Shown: positions 12,027 through 23,858, numbered from the stretch's first letter. The stretch: DNA of 64,000 bases from Mustelus asterias (GCF_964213995.1 NC_135816.1:61504001-61568000); one strand, 5' to 3'. Program-made: numbers and translations. The notes: generated from the sequence alone by a model not told the origin.

Positions 12027-13550
12027 ATGGCAGGAGAACTCACGCCTGTGATATGGTGCTCCTGTGCTTTCTTGGAAAATCTTGGAAGCTTCAGTTGTCC
12101 CTGGTGACCACATACACAGAAAGTGTGTCCAACTGAGGTTACTGGCTAACCACATTTCAGAGCTGGAGCTGAGGGTGGATTCACTGTGGAGCATCCGTGA
12201 TGCTGAGCAAGTCATGAATAGCACGTTAAGTGAGGTGGTTACACTGCAGATAAAGATTAAACGGGCAGAAAGGGCATGGGTGACCCCCTAGGCAGAGTAG
12301 AGGAAGACAGGTAGTTCAGGAGTTCCCTGTGGCCAACACCCTTTCTAACAGATATACCATCTTGGATATTGTTTGGGGAGATGACTGTGCAGCGGAAAGC
12401 AGTGGCAGCCAGCTTCATGATGCCATGGGTGGGTCTGCTGCACAAGAGTGGGGAAGGAACAAGAATGGCAGGGCTACAATGGTAGGGAATTCAATTGCAA
12501 GAACAGGCAAGTGTTTCTGCGACCGCAAAAGAGACTCCAGGATGGTATGTTCCCTCCCTAGTGCCAGGGTCAGGGATGTTACTGAAGCGGAGAGCAAACA
12601 GACAGATATTGTGGTACATATCGGTACCAACAATATGGGTAGAAAAATGGATGAAGTTCTGCGAGCAGAATTTATGGACCTGAGATGTAGATTAAAAAAA
12701 CAGGACCCAGAAGGTAGTAATCTCTGTGTTACTCCTGGTGCCACGTGCTGGTGAGTTTAGAAATAGAAGGTCAGTCTAGTTGAAAGCCTGGCTGGAGAGA
12801 TGGTAAGAAGTCTCACAACACCAGGTTAAAATCCAATGGGTTTATTTGGTAGCAAAAGCCACTTTCGGAGCGCTGCCCCTTCGTCAGGTGAGTGGGAGTT
12901 CTGTTCACAAACAGGGCATATAAAGACACAAACTCAATTTACAAAATAATGATTGGAATGCGAGTCTTTACAGGTTATCAAGTCTTAAAGGTACAGACAA
13001 TGTGAGTGGAGAGAGCATTAAGCACAGGTTAAAGAGATGTGTATTGTCTCCAGACAGGACAGTTAGTGAGATTTTGCAAGCCCAGGCAAGTTGTGGGGGT
13101 TACAGATGGTGAGATGGTGCAGGAGGGAGGGCTTTTTCTGGGACATTAGCATAGTATTTGAGACAGTGGGACCTATAGACAGATGGGTTGCACCTGAACC
13201 AAAAAGGGACCGGTGTCCTAGCAGGGAAGTTTGGTTGTGTTGGTGGGAAGGATTTAAACTAACTTGGCAGGGGCATGAGATCCTGAGAGGGGTGTTTTCA
13301 GACTGGAATATCTACGGCCAATAGGGTTCCTCAGGAATCAATATTGCGGCCCTAGCTGTTTGGGATTTATATAAACGATTAAGACTTAAGTGTACGAGGG
13401 TTGATCAGTAAGTTCAGGGGTGATACAGAAATTGGTAGGGTGGTAAATAGTGAAGAGGATAGCCTTTGATTATAGGAGGATATAGGCAGGCTGGTCAGAT
13501 GGGCTGATCAGTGGCAAATGGAATTGAATCCAGAAAAGTGTGAGATAATC
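12027..13550 (+). mobile_element. Decayed CR1 LINE: ORF1 (Zn finger/coiled coil/SGNH esterase) plus RT fragment
   Basis: ELELRVDSLWSIRDAE, LSNRY, DSRMVCSLPSARVRDV, IVVHIGTNN motifs with stops and frameshifts. Confidence 0.8.
12805..13110 (-). mobile_element. Neptune-type PLE terminal-repeat fragment inserted in CR1 ORF1
   Basis: Matches the 3' repeat of the full-length PLE. TSD GAGATGGT (12797-12804/13111-13118). Confidence 0.85.
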
Positions 13551-14410
13551 ATCCCAGGGGGTGGAGTCTGTTAGGCAGGAAACATGTAGGGAGCTTAGGT
13601 GCGGCCATAAGGCTGCTGTTTTCTTATTCATAAATCTGTTTTGTATTCACAAATTAAATCTGTGAAAATGCATCCTTATACGTGCCCTGTCCACCACTCC
13701 AGGTTAATATACCAAAGAGAGGAGGGATCTAAATACAAACTCTGGGAAAACATTGCGCATCAGCCTGAAAAACAATGGTTCACTTCCTGTTTTCTGTCCC
13801 GGAGCCAATTTTGTATCTATGCAACCATTACCCCTTTAATCTCACGGCTTCAATTTCCCTAACAATATACAAAGAACAAAGAACAATACAGCACAGGAAC
13901 AGGCCCTTCGGCCCTCCAAGCCCGCGCCGCTCCCCGGTCCAGGATTGAATCCTGAATCCAGGATCCCCGCCCAATTTTCCAGCCTATCTACATCCTAATA
14001 TCCTATCCACCGAGCTGTCCCTCACAGCTACGATGCTTTGTTCATCACAACCTATTAACTCACCCCCACCCCCCCATTTCAGACCATGTGATCTCCAGGG
14101 AGAGGTGAAAACCCAGAGTGAAAACCCCAGGGCCAATATGGGGAAAAAAAAATCTGGGAAATTCCTCTCCGACCCCCTGTGGCGATCGAAACGAGTCCAG
14201 GAGATCACACTGGCCCTGATCAGAAAATGCTTCCCAACCCTATTCATTTCCACTTCTGCTTTACGAACACCATCTGAATTCCCTGCCCCCGAGACAGGTT
14301 CCCAACTATCCGCAGTCTCGCTCTGTACTGGCACCAGCAAGATGATCATAGAATGAAGCCTTGAAACGAGAAACAAAGAACAATTAGCCCGCGCCGCTCC
14401 CTGGTCCAAA

Positions 14411-15385
14411 CTATACCACTCTTTTGTATCCCTCCATTCCCACTCCGTTCATATAGCTGTCTAGATAAGTCTTAAACGTTCCCAGTGTGTCCGCCTCCAC
14501 CACCTTGCCCGGCAACACATTCCAGGCCCCCACGACCCTCTGTGTAAAATATGTCCTTCTGATATCTGTGTTAAACCTCCCCCCCTTCACCTTGAACCTA
14601 TGACCCCTCGTGAACGTCACCACCGACCCGGGGAAAAGCTTCCCACCGTTCACCCTATCTATGCCTTTCATAATTTTATACACCTCTATTAAGTCTCCCC
14701 TCATCCTCCGTCTTTCCAAGGAGAACAACCCCAGTTTACCCAATCTCTCCTCATAACCAAGCCCCTCCATACCAGGCAACATCCTGGTAAACCTCCTCTG
14801 TACTCTCTCCAAAGCCTCCACGTCCTTCTGGTAGTGTGGCGACCAGAACTGGACGCAGTATTCCAAATGCGGCCGAACCAACGTTCTATACATCTGCAAC
14901 ATCAGACCCCAACTTTTATACTCTATGCCCCGTCCTATAAAGGCAAGCATTCCATATGCCTTCTTCACCACCTTCTCCACCTGTGACGTCACCTTCAAAG
15001 ATCTGTGGACTTGCACACCCAGGTCCCTCTGCGTCTCTGCACCCTTTATGGTTCTGCCATTTATCGTGTAGCTCCTCCCTACATTATTCCCACCAAAATG
15101 CATCACTTCGCATTTATCAGGATTGAACTCCATCTGCCATTTCTTTGCCCAAATTTCCAGCCTATCTATATCCTTCTGTAGCCTCTGACAATGTTCCTCA
15201 CTATCTGCAAGTCCTGCCAGTTTTGTGTCGTCCGCAAACTTACTGATCACCCCAGTTACTCCTTCTTCCAGATCATTTATATAAATCACAAACAGCAGAG
15301 GTCCCAATACAGAGCCCTGCGGAACACCACTAGTCACAGGCCTCCAGCCGGAAAAAGACCCTTCCACTACCACCCTCTGTCTTCT
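14411..15385 (-). CDS. CR1 ORF2 C-terminal part (RT)
   Basis: SGVPQGSVLGPLLF, KFADDTKL, LVRPHLEYCVQFWSP. Confidence 0.92.
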   Translation of the reverse strand, partial: RRQRVVVEGSFSGWRPVTSGVPQGSVLGPLLFVIYINDLEEGVTGVISKFADDTKLAGLADSEEHCQRLQKDIDRLEIWAKKWQMEFNPDKCEVMHFGGNNVGRSYTINGRTIKGAETQRDLGVQVHRSLKVTSQVEKVVKKAYGMLAFIGRGIEYKSWGLMLQMYRTLVRPHLEYCVQFWSPHYQKDVEALERVQRRFTRMLPGMEGLGYEERLGKLGLFSLERRRMRGDLIEVYKIMKGIDRVNGGKLFPGSVVTFTRGHRFKVKGGRFNTDIRRTYFTQRVVGAWNVLPGKVVEADTLGTFKTYLDSYMNGVGMEGYKRVV

Positions 15386-15450
15386 ATGACCAAGTAAGAA
15401 GTTTAACAACACCAGGTTAAAGTCCAACAGGTTTATTTGGTAGCAAAAGT

Positions 15451-15495
15451 CACACAAGCTTTCGGAGCTCCAAGCCCCTTCTTCAGGTGAGTGGG
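15451..15495 (-). ncRNA. Minimal type I hammerhead ribozyme motif in PLE 3' repeat
   Basis: CAC CUGAAGA A GGGGC-UUGGA-GCUCC GAAA GCU U GUG. Confidence 0.8.
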
Positions 15496-15698
15496 AATTC
15501 TGTTCACAAACAGAGCTTATAAAGACACAGACTCAATTTACATGAATAATGGTTGGAATGCGAATACTTACAACTAATCCAGTCTTTAAGAAACAAAACA
15601 ATGGGAGTGGAGAGAGCATCAAGACAGGCTAAAAAGATGTGTATTGTCTCCAGACAAGACAGCCAGTGAAATTCTGCAGGTCCACGCAACTGTGGGGG

Positions 15699-18371
15699 TT
15701 ACAAATAGTGTGACATGAACCCAATATCCCGGTTGAGGCCGTCCTTGTGTGTGCGGAACTTGGCTATCAGTTTCTGCTCAGCGACTCTGCGCTGTCGTGT
15801 GTCGCGAAGGCCGCCTTGGAGAACGCTTACCCGAATATCAGAGGCCGAATGCCCGTGACCGCTGAAGTGCTCCCCAACAGGAAGAGAACAGTCTTGCCTG
15901 GTGATTGTCGAGCGGTGTTCATTCATCCGTTGTCGCAGCGTCTGCATAGTTTCCCCAATGTACCATGCCTCGGGACATCCTTTCTTGCAGCGTATCAGGT
16001 AGACAACGTTGGCCGAGTTGCAAGAGTATGTACCGTGTACCTGGTAGATGGTGTTCTCACGTGAGATGATGGCATCTGTGTCGATGATCCGGCACGTCTT
16101 GCAGAGGTTGCTGTGGCAGGGTTGTGTGGTGTCTTGGTCACTGTTCTCCTGAAGGTTGGGTAGTTTGCTGCGGACAATGGTCTGTTTGAGGTTGTGCGGT
16201 TGTTTGAAGGCAAGAAGTGGGGGTGTGGGGATGGCCTTGGCGAGATGTTCGTCTTCATCAATGACATGTTGAAGGCTCCGGAGGAGATGCCGTAGCTTCT
16301 CCGCTCCGGGGAAGTACTGGACAACGAAGGGTACTCTGTCCACTGTGTCCCGTGTTTGTCTTCTGAGGAGGTCGGTGCGGTTTTTCGCTGTGGCGCGTTG
16401 GAACTGTTGATCAATGAGTCGAGTGCCATATCCTGTTCTTATGAGGGCATCTTTCAGCGTCTGGAGGTGTCTGTTGCGATCCTCCTCATCCGAGCAGATC
16501 CTGTGTATACGGAGGGCTTGTCCGTAGGGGATGGCTTCTTTAACGTGTTTAGGGTGGAAGCTGGAGAAGTGGAGCATCGTGAGGTTATCCGTGGGCTTGC
16601 GGTACAGTGAGGTGCTGAGGTGACCGTCCTTAATGGAGATGCGTGTGTCCAAGAATGCAACCGATTCCGGAGAGTAGTCTATGGTGAGCCTGATAGTGGG
16701 ATGGAACTTGTTGATGTCATCATAGAGTTGTTTCAGTGATTGTTCACCATGAGTCCAAAGGAAGAAAATGTCATCGATGTATCGAGTGTATAGCATCGGT
16801 TGAAGGTCCTGTGCGGTGAAGAAGTCTTGTTCGAACCTGTGCATGAAGATGTTGGCATATTGAGGTGCAAATTTGGTCCCCATGGCTGTTCCGTGTGTCT
16901 GGATGAAGAACTGGTTGTTGAAGGTGAAGATATTGTGGTCCAGGATGAAGCGGATGAGATGTAAAATTGCATCTGGAAACTGGCAGTTGTTGGCGCTGAG
17001 CACTGAGGCCGTTAAAGCAATGCCATCGTCATGGGGGATGCTGGTGTAGAGTGCCGAGACATCCATTGTGACGAGGAGCGCTCCTGGTTCAACTGCTCCA
17101 TGTGTGCCGAGTTTCTGTAGGAAGTCCGTCGTGTCGCGACAAAAGCTGGGGGTTCTTTGTACAATGGGTTTCAGGATGCCCTCGACATAGCCGGAGAGGT
17201 TCTCGCACAGGGTCCCATTGCCCGATACGATGGGACGGCCGGGTGTGTTTGCCTTGTGTATCTTCGGGAGGCAGTAGAGATCTCCAACGTGGGGAGTACG
17301 TGGGGTGAGAGCACGGAGGGTGTTCTGAAGGTCCGGATCAAAGGTCTTGATCAGAGTGTTGAGTTGACGGGTGTGTTCTTTGGTCGGATCTGCAGGTAAC
17401 TGTCTGTAGTGTTCCTCGTTGTTGAGTTGTCGGTACACTTCTTTGCAGTAATCCGTTCTGTTCAGTATGACGATGGCCCCTCCTTTGTCTGCTGGTTTGA
17501 TGACAATGTTGCGGTTGGTCTTGAGAGTGTGGATGGCGTTACGTTGTGCTTGGGTGATGTTCGGGGCTGTCTTGTGAGTGCGGCTGATGAATTTGGTGTT
17601 GACGCACCTCCTGACGGCTTGGGCATACATGTCAAGTCGAGGGCAGCGGCCTTCCGGAGGAGTCCAATTCGACTCTTTCCTCTTCGGATGCACTGCGGAT
17701 CTCTCTGTCGGCTGTTCCAGTTCATTGGCTGTCCCATTGTGTTCGTTGTTGGCCTCTTGGGGTTTGTGGAAGAACTCCCTCAGCCTCATTCGCCTGATGA
17801 ATTCCTCTGTGTCTGCTGCGAGACTGATGGGGTCTATTTTGGTGGTGGGGCAAAAATTAAGCCCTCGGCTGAGAACTTCGATTTCATCTGGTTGAAGTGT
17901 GTAGTCGGACAAGTTGACAATGGACTTCCCTGCAGTGGTACTGTTTTCTACTGTGGTACCGGGGGAGGCTTGGTTGATGCTGGTGGTGATGCCGAGTTTC
18001 TCAAGTTTCCTGTTCTTGGTGTGCATGTAGATGGTGTAGTTCCTTTGTCTCGTCTGCTTGGCAGAGTTTCGCAGCTGGTCTGCGTCCTGAGCGCAAGTTG
18101 AGAATATGGATTCGATCTTGGTTTCCAGGCTGCGGCATTTGCTGTATAGTTGGTGTATGAGGTGGTTGAGGAGGGTGAGAGAGGTGCGACGGCAAAGTCT
18201 CTCAGCGTAGTCTGTGTTATAGGTTGACCTGAGTGGGTTCGTGATCTGTAGTCCTTTCGGTTTCTTGTCTGCTTTCTTGCATCTTTGTAGAAACTTTGTG
18301 TCGATATGCGCGATCTTCTTGGCGATCCTCTCCACTTGGAGCCGGCAGTTTGCGGTGTCGATGGTAGTCAT
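15699..18371 (-). CDS. PLE polyprotein: telomerase-related RT, Cys-rich linker, C-terminal GIY-YIG endonuclease
   Basis: IKPADKG, LPKIHK...GRPIVS, DVSALYT, GTAMG, RYIDD, CHSNLCKTC linker, VVYLIRC...YIGET...R..EH, GLN. First ATG at 18371. Confidence 0.93.
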   Translation of the reverse strand: MTTIDTANCRLQVERIAKKIAHIDTKFLQRCKKADKKPKGLQITNPLRSTYNTDYAERLCRRTSLTLLNHLIHQLYSKCRSLETKIESIFSTCAQDADQLRNSAKQTRQRNYTIYMHTKNRKLEKLGITTSINQASPGTTVENSTTAGKSIVNLSDYTLQPDEIEVLSRGLNFCPTTKIDPISLAADTEEFIRRMRLREFFHKPQEANNEHNGTANELEQPTERSAVHPKRKESNWTPPEGRCPRLDMYAQAVRRCVNTKFISRTHKTAPNITQAQRNAIHTLKTNRNIVIKPADKGGAIVILNRTDYCKEVYRQLNNEEHYRQLPADPTKEHTRQLNTLIKTFDPDLQNTLRALTPRTPHVGDLYCLPKIHKANTPGRPIVSGNGTLCENLSGYVEGILKPIVQRTPSFCRDTTDFLQKLGTHGAVEPGALLVTMDVSALYTSIPHDDGIALTASVLSANNCQFPDAILHLIRFILDHNIFTFNNQFFIQTHGTAMGTKFAPQYANIFMHRFEQDFFTAQDLQPMLYTRYIDDIFFLWTHGEQSLKQLYDDINKFHPTIRLTIDYSPESVAFLDTRISIKDGHLSTSLYRKPTDNLTMLHFSSFHPKHVKEAIPYGQALRIHRICSDEEDRNRHLQTLKDALIRTGYGTRLIDQQFQRATAKNRTDLLRRQTRDTVDRVPFVVQYFPGAEKLRHLLRSLQHVIDEDEHLAKAIPTPPLLAFKQPHNLKQTIVRSKLPNLQENSDQDTTQPCHSNLCKTCRIIDTDAIISRENTIYQVHGTYSCNSANVVYLIRCKKGCPEAWYIGETMQTLRQRMNEHRSTITRQDCSLPVGEHFSGHGHSASDIRVSVLQGGLRDTRQRRVAEQKLIAKFRTHKDGLNRDIGFMSHYL

Positions 18372-18464
18372 GATGTGGAGATGCCGGTGTTGGACTGGGG
18401 TAAACACAGTAAGAAGTTTAACAACACCAGGTTAAAGTCCAACAGGTTTATTTGGTAGCAAAAG

Positions 18465-18510
18465 CCACACAAGCTTTCGAAGCTCTAAGCCCCTTCTTCA
18501 GGTGAGTGGG
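18465..18510 (-). ncRNA. Hammerhead ribozyme motif in PLE upstream repeat
   Basis: CAC CUGAAGA A GGGGC-UUAGA-GCUUC GAAA GCU U GUG. Confidence 0.78.
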
Positions 18511-19180
18511 AATTCTGTTCACAAACAGAGCTTATAAAGACACAGACTCAATTTACATGAATAATGGTTGGAATGCGAATACTTACAACTAATCCAGTCT
18601 TTAAGAAACAAAACAACGGGAGTGGAGAGAGCATCAAGACAGGCTAAAAAGATGTGTATTGTCTCCAGACAAGACAGCCAGTGAAATTCTGCAGGTCCAC
18701 GCAACTGTGGGGGTTACAAATAGTGTGACATGAACCCAATATCCCGGTTGAGGCCGTCCTTGTGTGTGCGGAACTTGGCTATCAGTTTCTGCTCAGCGAC
18801 TCTGCGCTGTCGTGTGTCGCGAAGGCCGCCTTGGAGAACGCTTACCCGAATATCAGACTATCAGAGGCCGAATGCCCGTGACCGCTGAAGTGCTCCCCAA
18901 CAGGAAGAGAACAGTCTTGCCTGGTGATTGTCAAGCGGTGTTCATTCATCCGTTGTCGCAGCGTCTGCATAGTTTCCCCAATGTACCATGCCTCGGGACA
19001 TCCTTTCTTGCAGCGTATCAGGTAGACAACGTTGGCCGAGTTGCAAGAGTATGTACCGTGTACCTGGTAGATGGTGTTCTCACGTGAGATGATGGCATCT
19101 GTGTCGATGATCCGGCACGTCTTGCAGAGGTTGCTGTGGCAGGGTTGTGTGGTGTCTTGGTCACTGTTCTCCTGAAGGCA

Positions 19181-21091
19181 ATGACCAAGCCAGTTCTCCA
19201 CCCATCTAGCCACCTCCCCCTTTATCCCATGAGATCCAACCTTTTTCACTAGCCTACCATGAGGGACTTTGTCAAACGCTTTACTAAAGTCCATATAGAC
19301 AACATCCACGGCCCTTCCTTCGTCAACCATTTTGGTCACTTCTTCAAAAAACACCACCAGGTTAGTGAGGCATGACCTCCCTCTCACAAAACCATGCTGA
19401 CTATCATTAATGAGTTTATTCCTTTCTAAATGCACATACATCCTATCTCTAAGAATCTTCTCCAACAACTTCCCCACCACGGACGTCAAGCTCACCGGCC
19501 TATAATTACCCGGGTTATCCTTCCTACCCTTCTTAAATAACGGGACCACATTAGCTATCCTCCAATCCTCTGGGACCTCACCTGCGTCCAGTGACGAGAC
19601 AAAGATTTGCGTCAGAGGCCCAACGATTTCACCTCTCGTCTCCCTGAGCAGCCTTGGATAGATTCCATCGGGCCCTGGGGATTTGTCAGTCTTTATATTC
19701 TCTAACAAACCTAACACTTCCTCCTTTGTAATGGAGATTTTCTCCAATGGTTCAACACTCCCCTCCGAGACACTCCCAGTCAACACATCCCTCTCCTTTG
19801 TGAATACCGACGCAAAGTATTCATTTAGGATCTCCCCTACTTCTTTGGGCTCCAAGCATAAGTCCCCACTTTTGTCCCTAAGAGGTCCGATTTTTTTTTC
19901 CCTAACAACCCTTTTGTTCCTAACGTATGAATAAAATGCCTTGGGATTCTCCTTAATCCTGTCTGCCAAGAACATTTCGTGACCCCTTTTTGCTCTTCTA
20001 ATTCCCCGTTTAAGTACTTTCCTACTTTCTTTGTACTCCTCCAGAGCTCCCTCCGTTTTTAGCTGCTTGGACCTAACATACGCCTCTCTTTTCTTTTTGA
20101 CCAGTCCCTCAATTTCCCTGGTTATCCACGGCTCTCTAATCCTACCCTTCCTATCCTTCTTTTTTACAGGCACATGCTTGTACTGTAGCCCTAACAACCG
20201 TTCCTTAAAAGACTGCCACATACCAGATGTGGATTTACCCTCAAACAGCCTCTCCCAATCAAGAGCTGCCAATTTCTGCCTGATCCCACTAAAGTTAGCC
20301 TTCCCCCAATCCAACACCTTACCCTTGGGACACCACTCATCCTTTTCCATCACTATCCTAAAGCTAACAGAATTGTGGTCACTATTTGCCACATGTTCCC
20401 CTACCGAAACTTTGAAGACCTGACCGGGCTCATTCCCCAGTACCAGGTCCAGTATAGCCCCCTCTCTAGACGGGCTGTCTACATATTGTTCCAACGAACC
20501 CTCCTGTACACATTTTACAAATTCCTCCCCATCCAGAGTCCCTGCCCTCAGCGATTTCCAGTTTATACCAGGGAAATTGAAGTCTCCCACTACAACAACC
20601 CTATTTTTCCTGCACCTATCCAGTATCTCCTGACATATCCATTCTTCCACTTCCCTTGGGCTGTTGGGGGGCCTGTAGTACACCCCCAACATAGTGACTG
20701 CGCCTTTCCTGTTTCTAAGCTCCACCCAGAGTGACGCGTTACACGACCCCTCTGAATTGTCCTCCCTCTGCACCGCTGTAATATGCTCTCCAACTAATAC
20801 CGCTACTCCCCCACCTCTTTTGGCCCCTCCTCTGTCTCGCCTAAAACACTTGTACCCTGGAATATTCAGCTGCCAGTCCTGTCCCTCTTTCAACCAAGAC
20901 TCTGTCACCGCAACCACATCCAAATTCCTCGTGCGCATTAAGGCCCCAAGTTCGTCTGTCTTACCTGCTACGCTCCTTGCATTGAAGTATAAGCACTCCA
21001 GACCTCCAGGCCCAGTGAGGTCGTCCTCCCCCAGAGTGCTCTTCTTCTTTGCCAGCCTTGTCCCAGCCCCAAGCTCGTCCCCAGCCTCCAC
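19181..21091 (-). CDS. CR1 ORF2 N-terminal part: APE endonuclease plus N-terminal RT
   Basis: YFNARS, VTESW, YRPP, GDFN, LDLV, SDH, KSPGPDG, NYRPVSLTS, QHGF, DFSKAFDKVPH. Confidence 0.92.
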
Positions 21092-21132
21092 ACTTGTAGA
21101 CCTAATATTTTGATCCCCAACCCCCTGCCATA

Positions 21133-21590
21133 CTAGTTTAAACCCCCACGAACTGCACTAGCAAAGCTCCCAGCCAGGATATTTGTGCCCTTCCAACTTA
21201 GTTGTGACCCCTCCCTCTTGTACAGGTGCCATCCTCTCCTGAAAACTTCCCATTGATCTATGAAAATGAAGCCCTCCCTCCTGGACCAGTCCTTTAGCCA
21301 GGCATTCATTTGTACCAACTCCCTATTCTTAGCCTCACTGGCACGAGGCATTGGGAGCAGCCCAGAGATGGCCACCCTAGTGACCCTACTTTTTAACCTA
21401 TTTCCCAACTCCCTGAATTGCTCTCTTAGGATCCCCCTACTCTTCCTATCTACGTCATTTCCACCAATGTGTATAATGACATCCGTTTCTTTATCTTCCC
21501 CTTTTAATATGCCTCCTATCCGCTCGGAGACATCCGTGACCCCAGCACCAGGTAGGCAGACTACCATCCTGGAGTCCCGTTCGCACCCAC
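21133..21590 (-). CDS. CR1 ORF1 C-terminal SGNH-esterase domain (5'-truncated)
   Basis: DSRMVVCLPGA...VIIHIGGND...SGLLP motifs typical of CR1/L2 ORF1 esterases. Confidence 0.85.
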
Positions 21591-22502
21591 TTATACTTAC
21601 ACATATGTTTATCTGGAATATGATCATTTGATCCTGTCTACTGTGGCGGCGGATGCAAACTATCAGTAACTCATGTTGCTGTAAGTGTTAGATTATATCG
21701 CCTCATCTAACTGTTGCAGCGACCTACGATTCACTTATATTACTGGGGTAGCAAGATAGCATTTGGAAACATTCGCCAACATAACTGCAGTAAACTATCC
21801 CACAAGGAAAGGATTTTAGTTTCCTGTCTACAAATCCTTCCCTCCCCCTTCTGCCACTCTGAGTTCCAGGCTGCAGTCTCCAGCAGTAATGCCGTTGGAT
21901 TTCTGTGCATGCATTAGATGGATATCGGTGGCCATCGTGCATGGTTGTATTGAGTTGGCAGGAAGCACAGTGGTCTGCTGTAGAGTCATTCAATGTTCTC
22001 TGCGATGTGTAATTTGATCCAATCATTGTCAGACAGGCAAGCAGGCTTCAGAACTGAACTGGCTTCTGTGACTGAACAGTATGAATGAGGAAGGTGCAAA
22101 TCATGCAAGAATGGTGACAGTGTGCACAGTTAGTGGAGCTGTAGTTAGCTTTGTGAAGATTAATCTCTGTTATGCAGACTTGTGTTTATGCATCAGCTTT
22201 CATGACCACCAGATGTCTCAGGATGCACTGCAGCCAATAAAGTACTTTTGAAGTACAGTTAACTTTCATTCACAAGTACTAGTGCGATGTTGTTTAAATA
22301 ATCCGCTTTTTAGCAATGTTGATTGAGGGTTAAATATTGGCATGGGAACAAACTGAAAAACACCACCCCCATTCCTGTGCTGTAGCATCACCATGATAGC
22401 ACCTCACCAGCAGGTAGACAGGATGCTGCTCCCGGCATGATTTTGCATACCCGTTGCACCAGAGCTGCTCACCTGGTTTGCAGGCATCAATTTCCAGACC
22501 AC

Positions 22503-23530
22503 GGGCTGAATTTTCCCAAAAAATTCCTAAGTGTCGTAACAGCGAGAACGATGGAATGATCATGTTGGCCTCTCAGGCGCGCTCCGCTCCTCAATCCTTA
22601 CTCAGTCACTGTTTTGGACAGTTGGGAGTTTCCACGTTATTACTGGGGGTGGGGGGCAGGGCCTAAACACTGCAGTGAGCCCAGCTTCAGAGAGCTTGTG
22701 TGCCATTTTTCAAGAGCACCCCGATCTCAAAGAGTGCTAGGAGACCCCCCCTCCCTCACCCCACAGACATCAAGACCCCAGCCCTTTGGCGGCATTTCCC
22801 CCAACCCCTCCCCAACACAGGTTGCCGACATTGGAGCCCCCCTGAGGGTCACCCTGCCTGACCCTCGATATGCCCTCCCCTCATCAGGACCCCCAACATG
22901 CTCCCCATCAGGAACTCCGACACGCCCCCCCCCTTTGTCAAGACCCCTGACATTCTCCCCCATCACAGTCTTTGATATGCCTCCCTCCCCCCATCAGGAG
23001 CCTGATGTGCTCCTACATCAGATGCCCAACATTTCAGGAGCCACCCCCACATCAGCGTGTCCCCCCCCCCCCCCCCCCCCCCCCCAACCCCATTGCAGCC
23101 CACACTCAGGCTCCAACCCCTCATCGCTGCCTTGGCACACTGGCGGCACCTAATTGCGACTGCTAGGCTGTCACGTGGCCACTGCCGAGTACCACACGTG
23201 TGCCGGTTGGGCACTGCCAGTGTCCCTGAACAGCTGGGGGATTCAGTGGCCTTTAAGCCCATCTGCTTGACCATCGTGTCAAGTCACCGCTAATGGACAC
23301 CAGTAGTGATTCTCACCATTATAGTGCCATACCCAAAGGCTGGTGAATTCTGTACACTGGGATTTGAAATGCGACACTAAATTTGCTAATCGAACTTATG
23401 CTCTTTCTGGGTGCAATCCGATTTGTGTCATTAGGAAAGGGCCGGGAGACTCGGACTTTTAGACCTGCACACTATTCTCCAGGACCAGTGCGATCTACTA
23501 ATGGCATGACAAGGTTGGAGAATTGCCCCC
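22503..23530. mobile_element. GC-rich non-autonomous DNA transposon (Harbinger-like MITE)
   Basis: Imperfect TIRs GGGCTGAATTTTCC / GGAGAATTGCCCC. Homologous to 32855-33698. Confidence 0.6.
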
Positions 23531-23551
23531 AATGTCTATTCACAGGGGCGG

Positions 23552-23858
23552 TGTGGTGAACTATAGTTGGTTACCACTATGAGTGCTGAGCCATGGATGG
23601 TCAGCACTATGGGGGTTTGTAGATATGTTACTGTAGTTACTGTTGGTGTTAGGGTTGGGCTGTTCTACCTGTTGATATTGTTCTGTGGTACACTCCAGTT
23701 GGCTCCGCCTACCAGGGGAAGTATAAAGGTCACTGCACTGCCTGGTGACCCTTTAGTCTGGGATTGTATTGTATATAGTATGCTCCATTCTTGTCAGTAA
23801 TAAAAGCCTTTATTTCCCGGGTACAATCTAACCTCCCGAGTGATTTAATCGCGCACCA
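23552..23858 (+). mobile_element. Gypsy-type solo LTR inserted into the head of a SINE
   Basis: TGTGGTGAA...GCGCACCA, 5-bp TSD GGCGG, TATAAA and AATAAA. Same family as the solo LTR at 48584-53696. Confidence 0.88.

Larger units (their letters stand above)
15395..19180 (-). mobile_element. Full-length Neptune-type Penelope-like element in partial-tandem arrangement (upstream 3' fragment/pLTR, ORF, 3' pLTR)
   Basis: 9-bp TSD ATGACCAAG (15386-15394/19181-19189). ~770-bp direct repeat 15395-16155 / 18411-19178. Intact RT plus GIY-YIG ORF. Confidence 0.93.
13871..21591 (-). mobile_element. Young 5'-truncated CR1 LINE (partial ORF1, full ORF2, 3' UTR, (TGTTCTT)n tail), split by a PLE
   Basis: ORF1 esterase 21133-21590. 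ORF2 APE plus RT 21091-19181 continues at 15385-14411 (WLGH|RRQRVVV...FADD). Possible TSD TATAC. Confidence 0.93.

Noticed and set aside
17409-18101. 230-aa plus-strand ORF and other antisense ORFs over PLE, CR1 and Gypsy coding regions
   Set aside because: Shadow ORFs of the real retroelement frames with no independent motifs.
21601-21678. 78-nt exon-like segment on the minus strand (CTTACAG ... GTAAGT)
   Set aside because: Two stops in the phase expected for a TIM stalk exon. The open phase gives no recognisable peptide.
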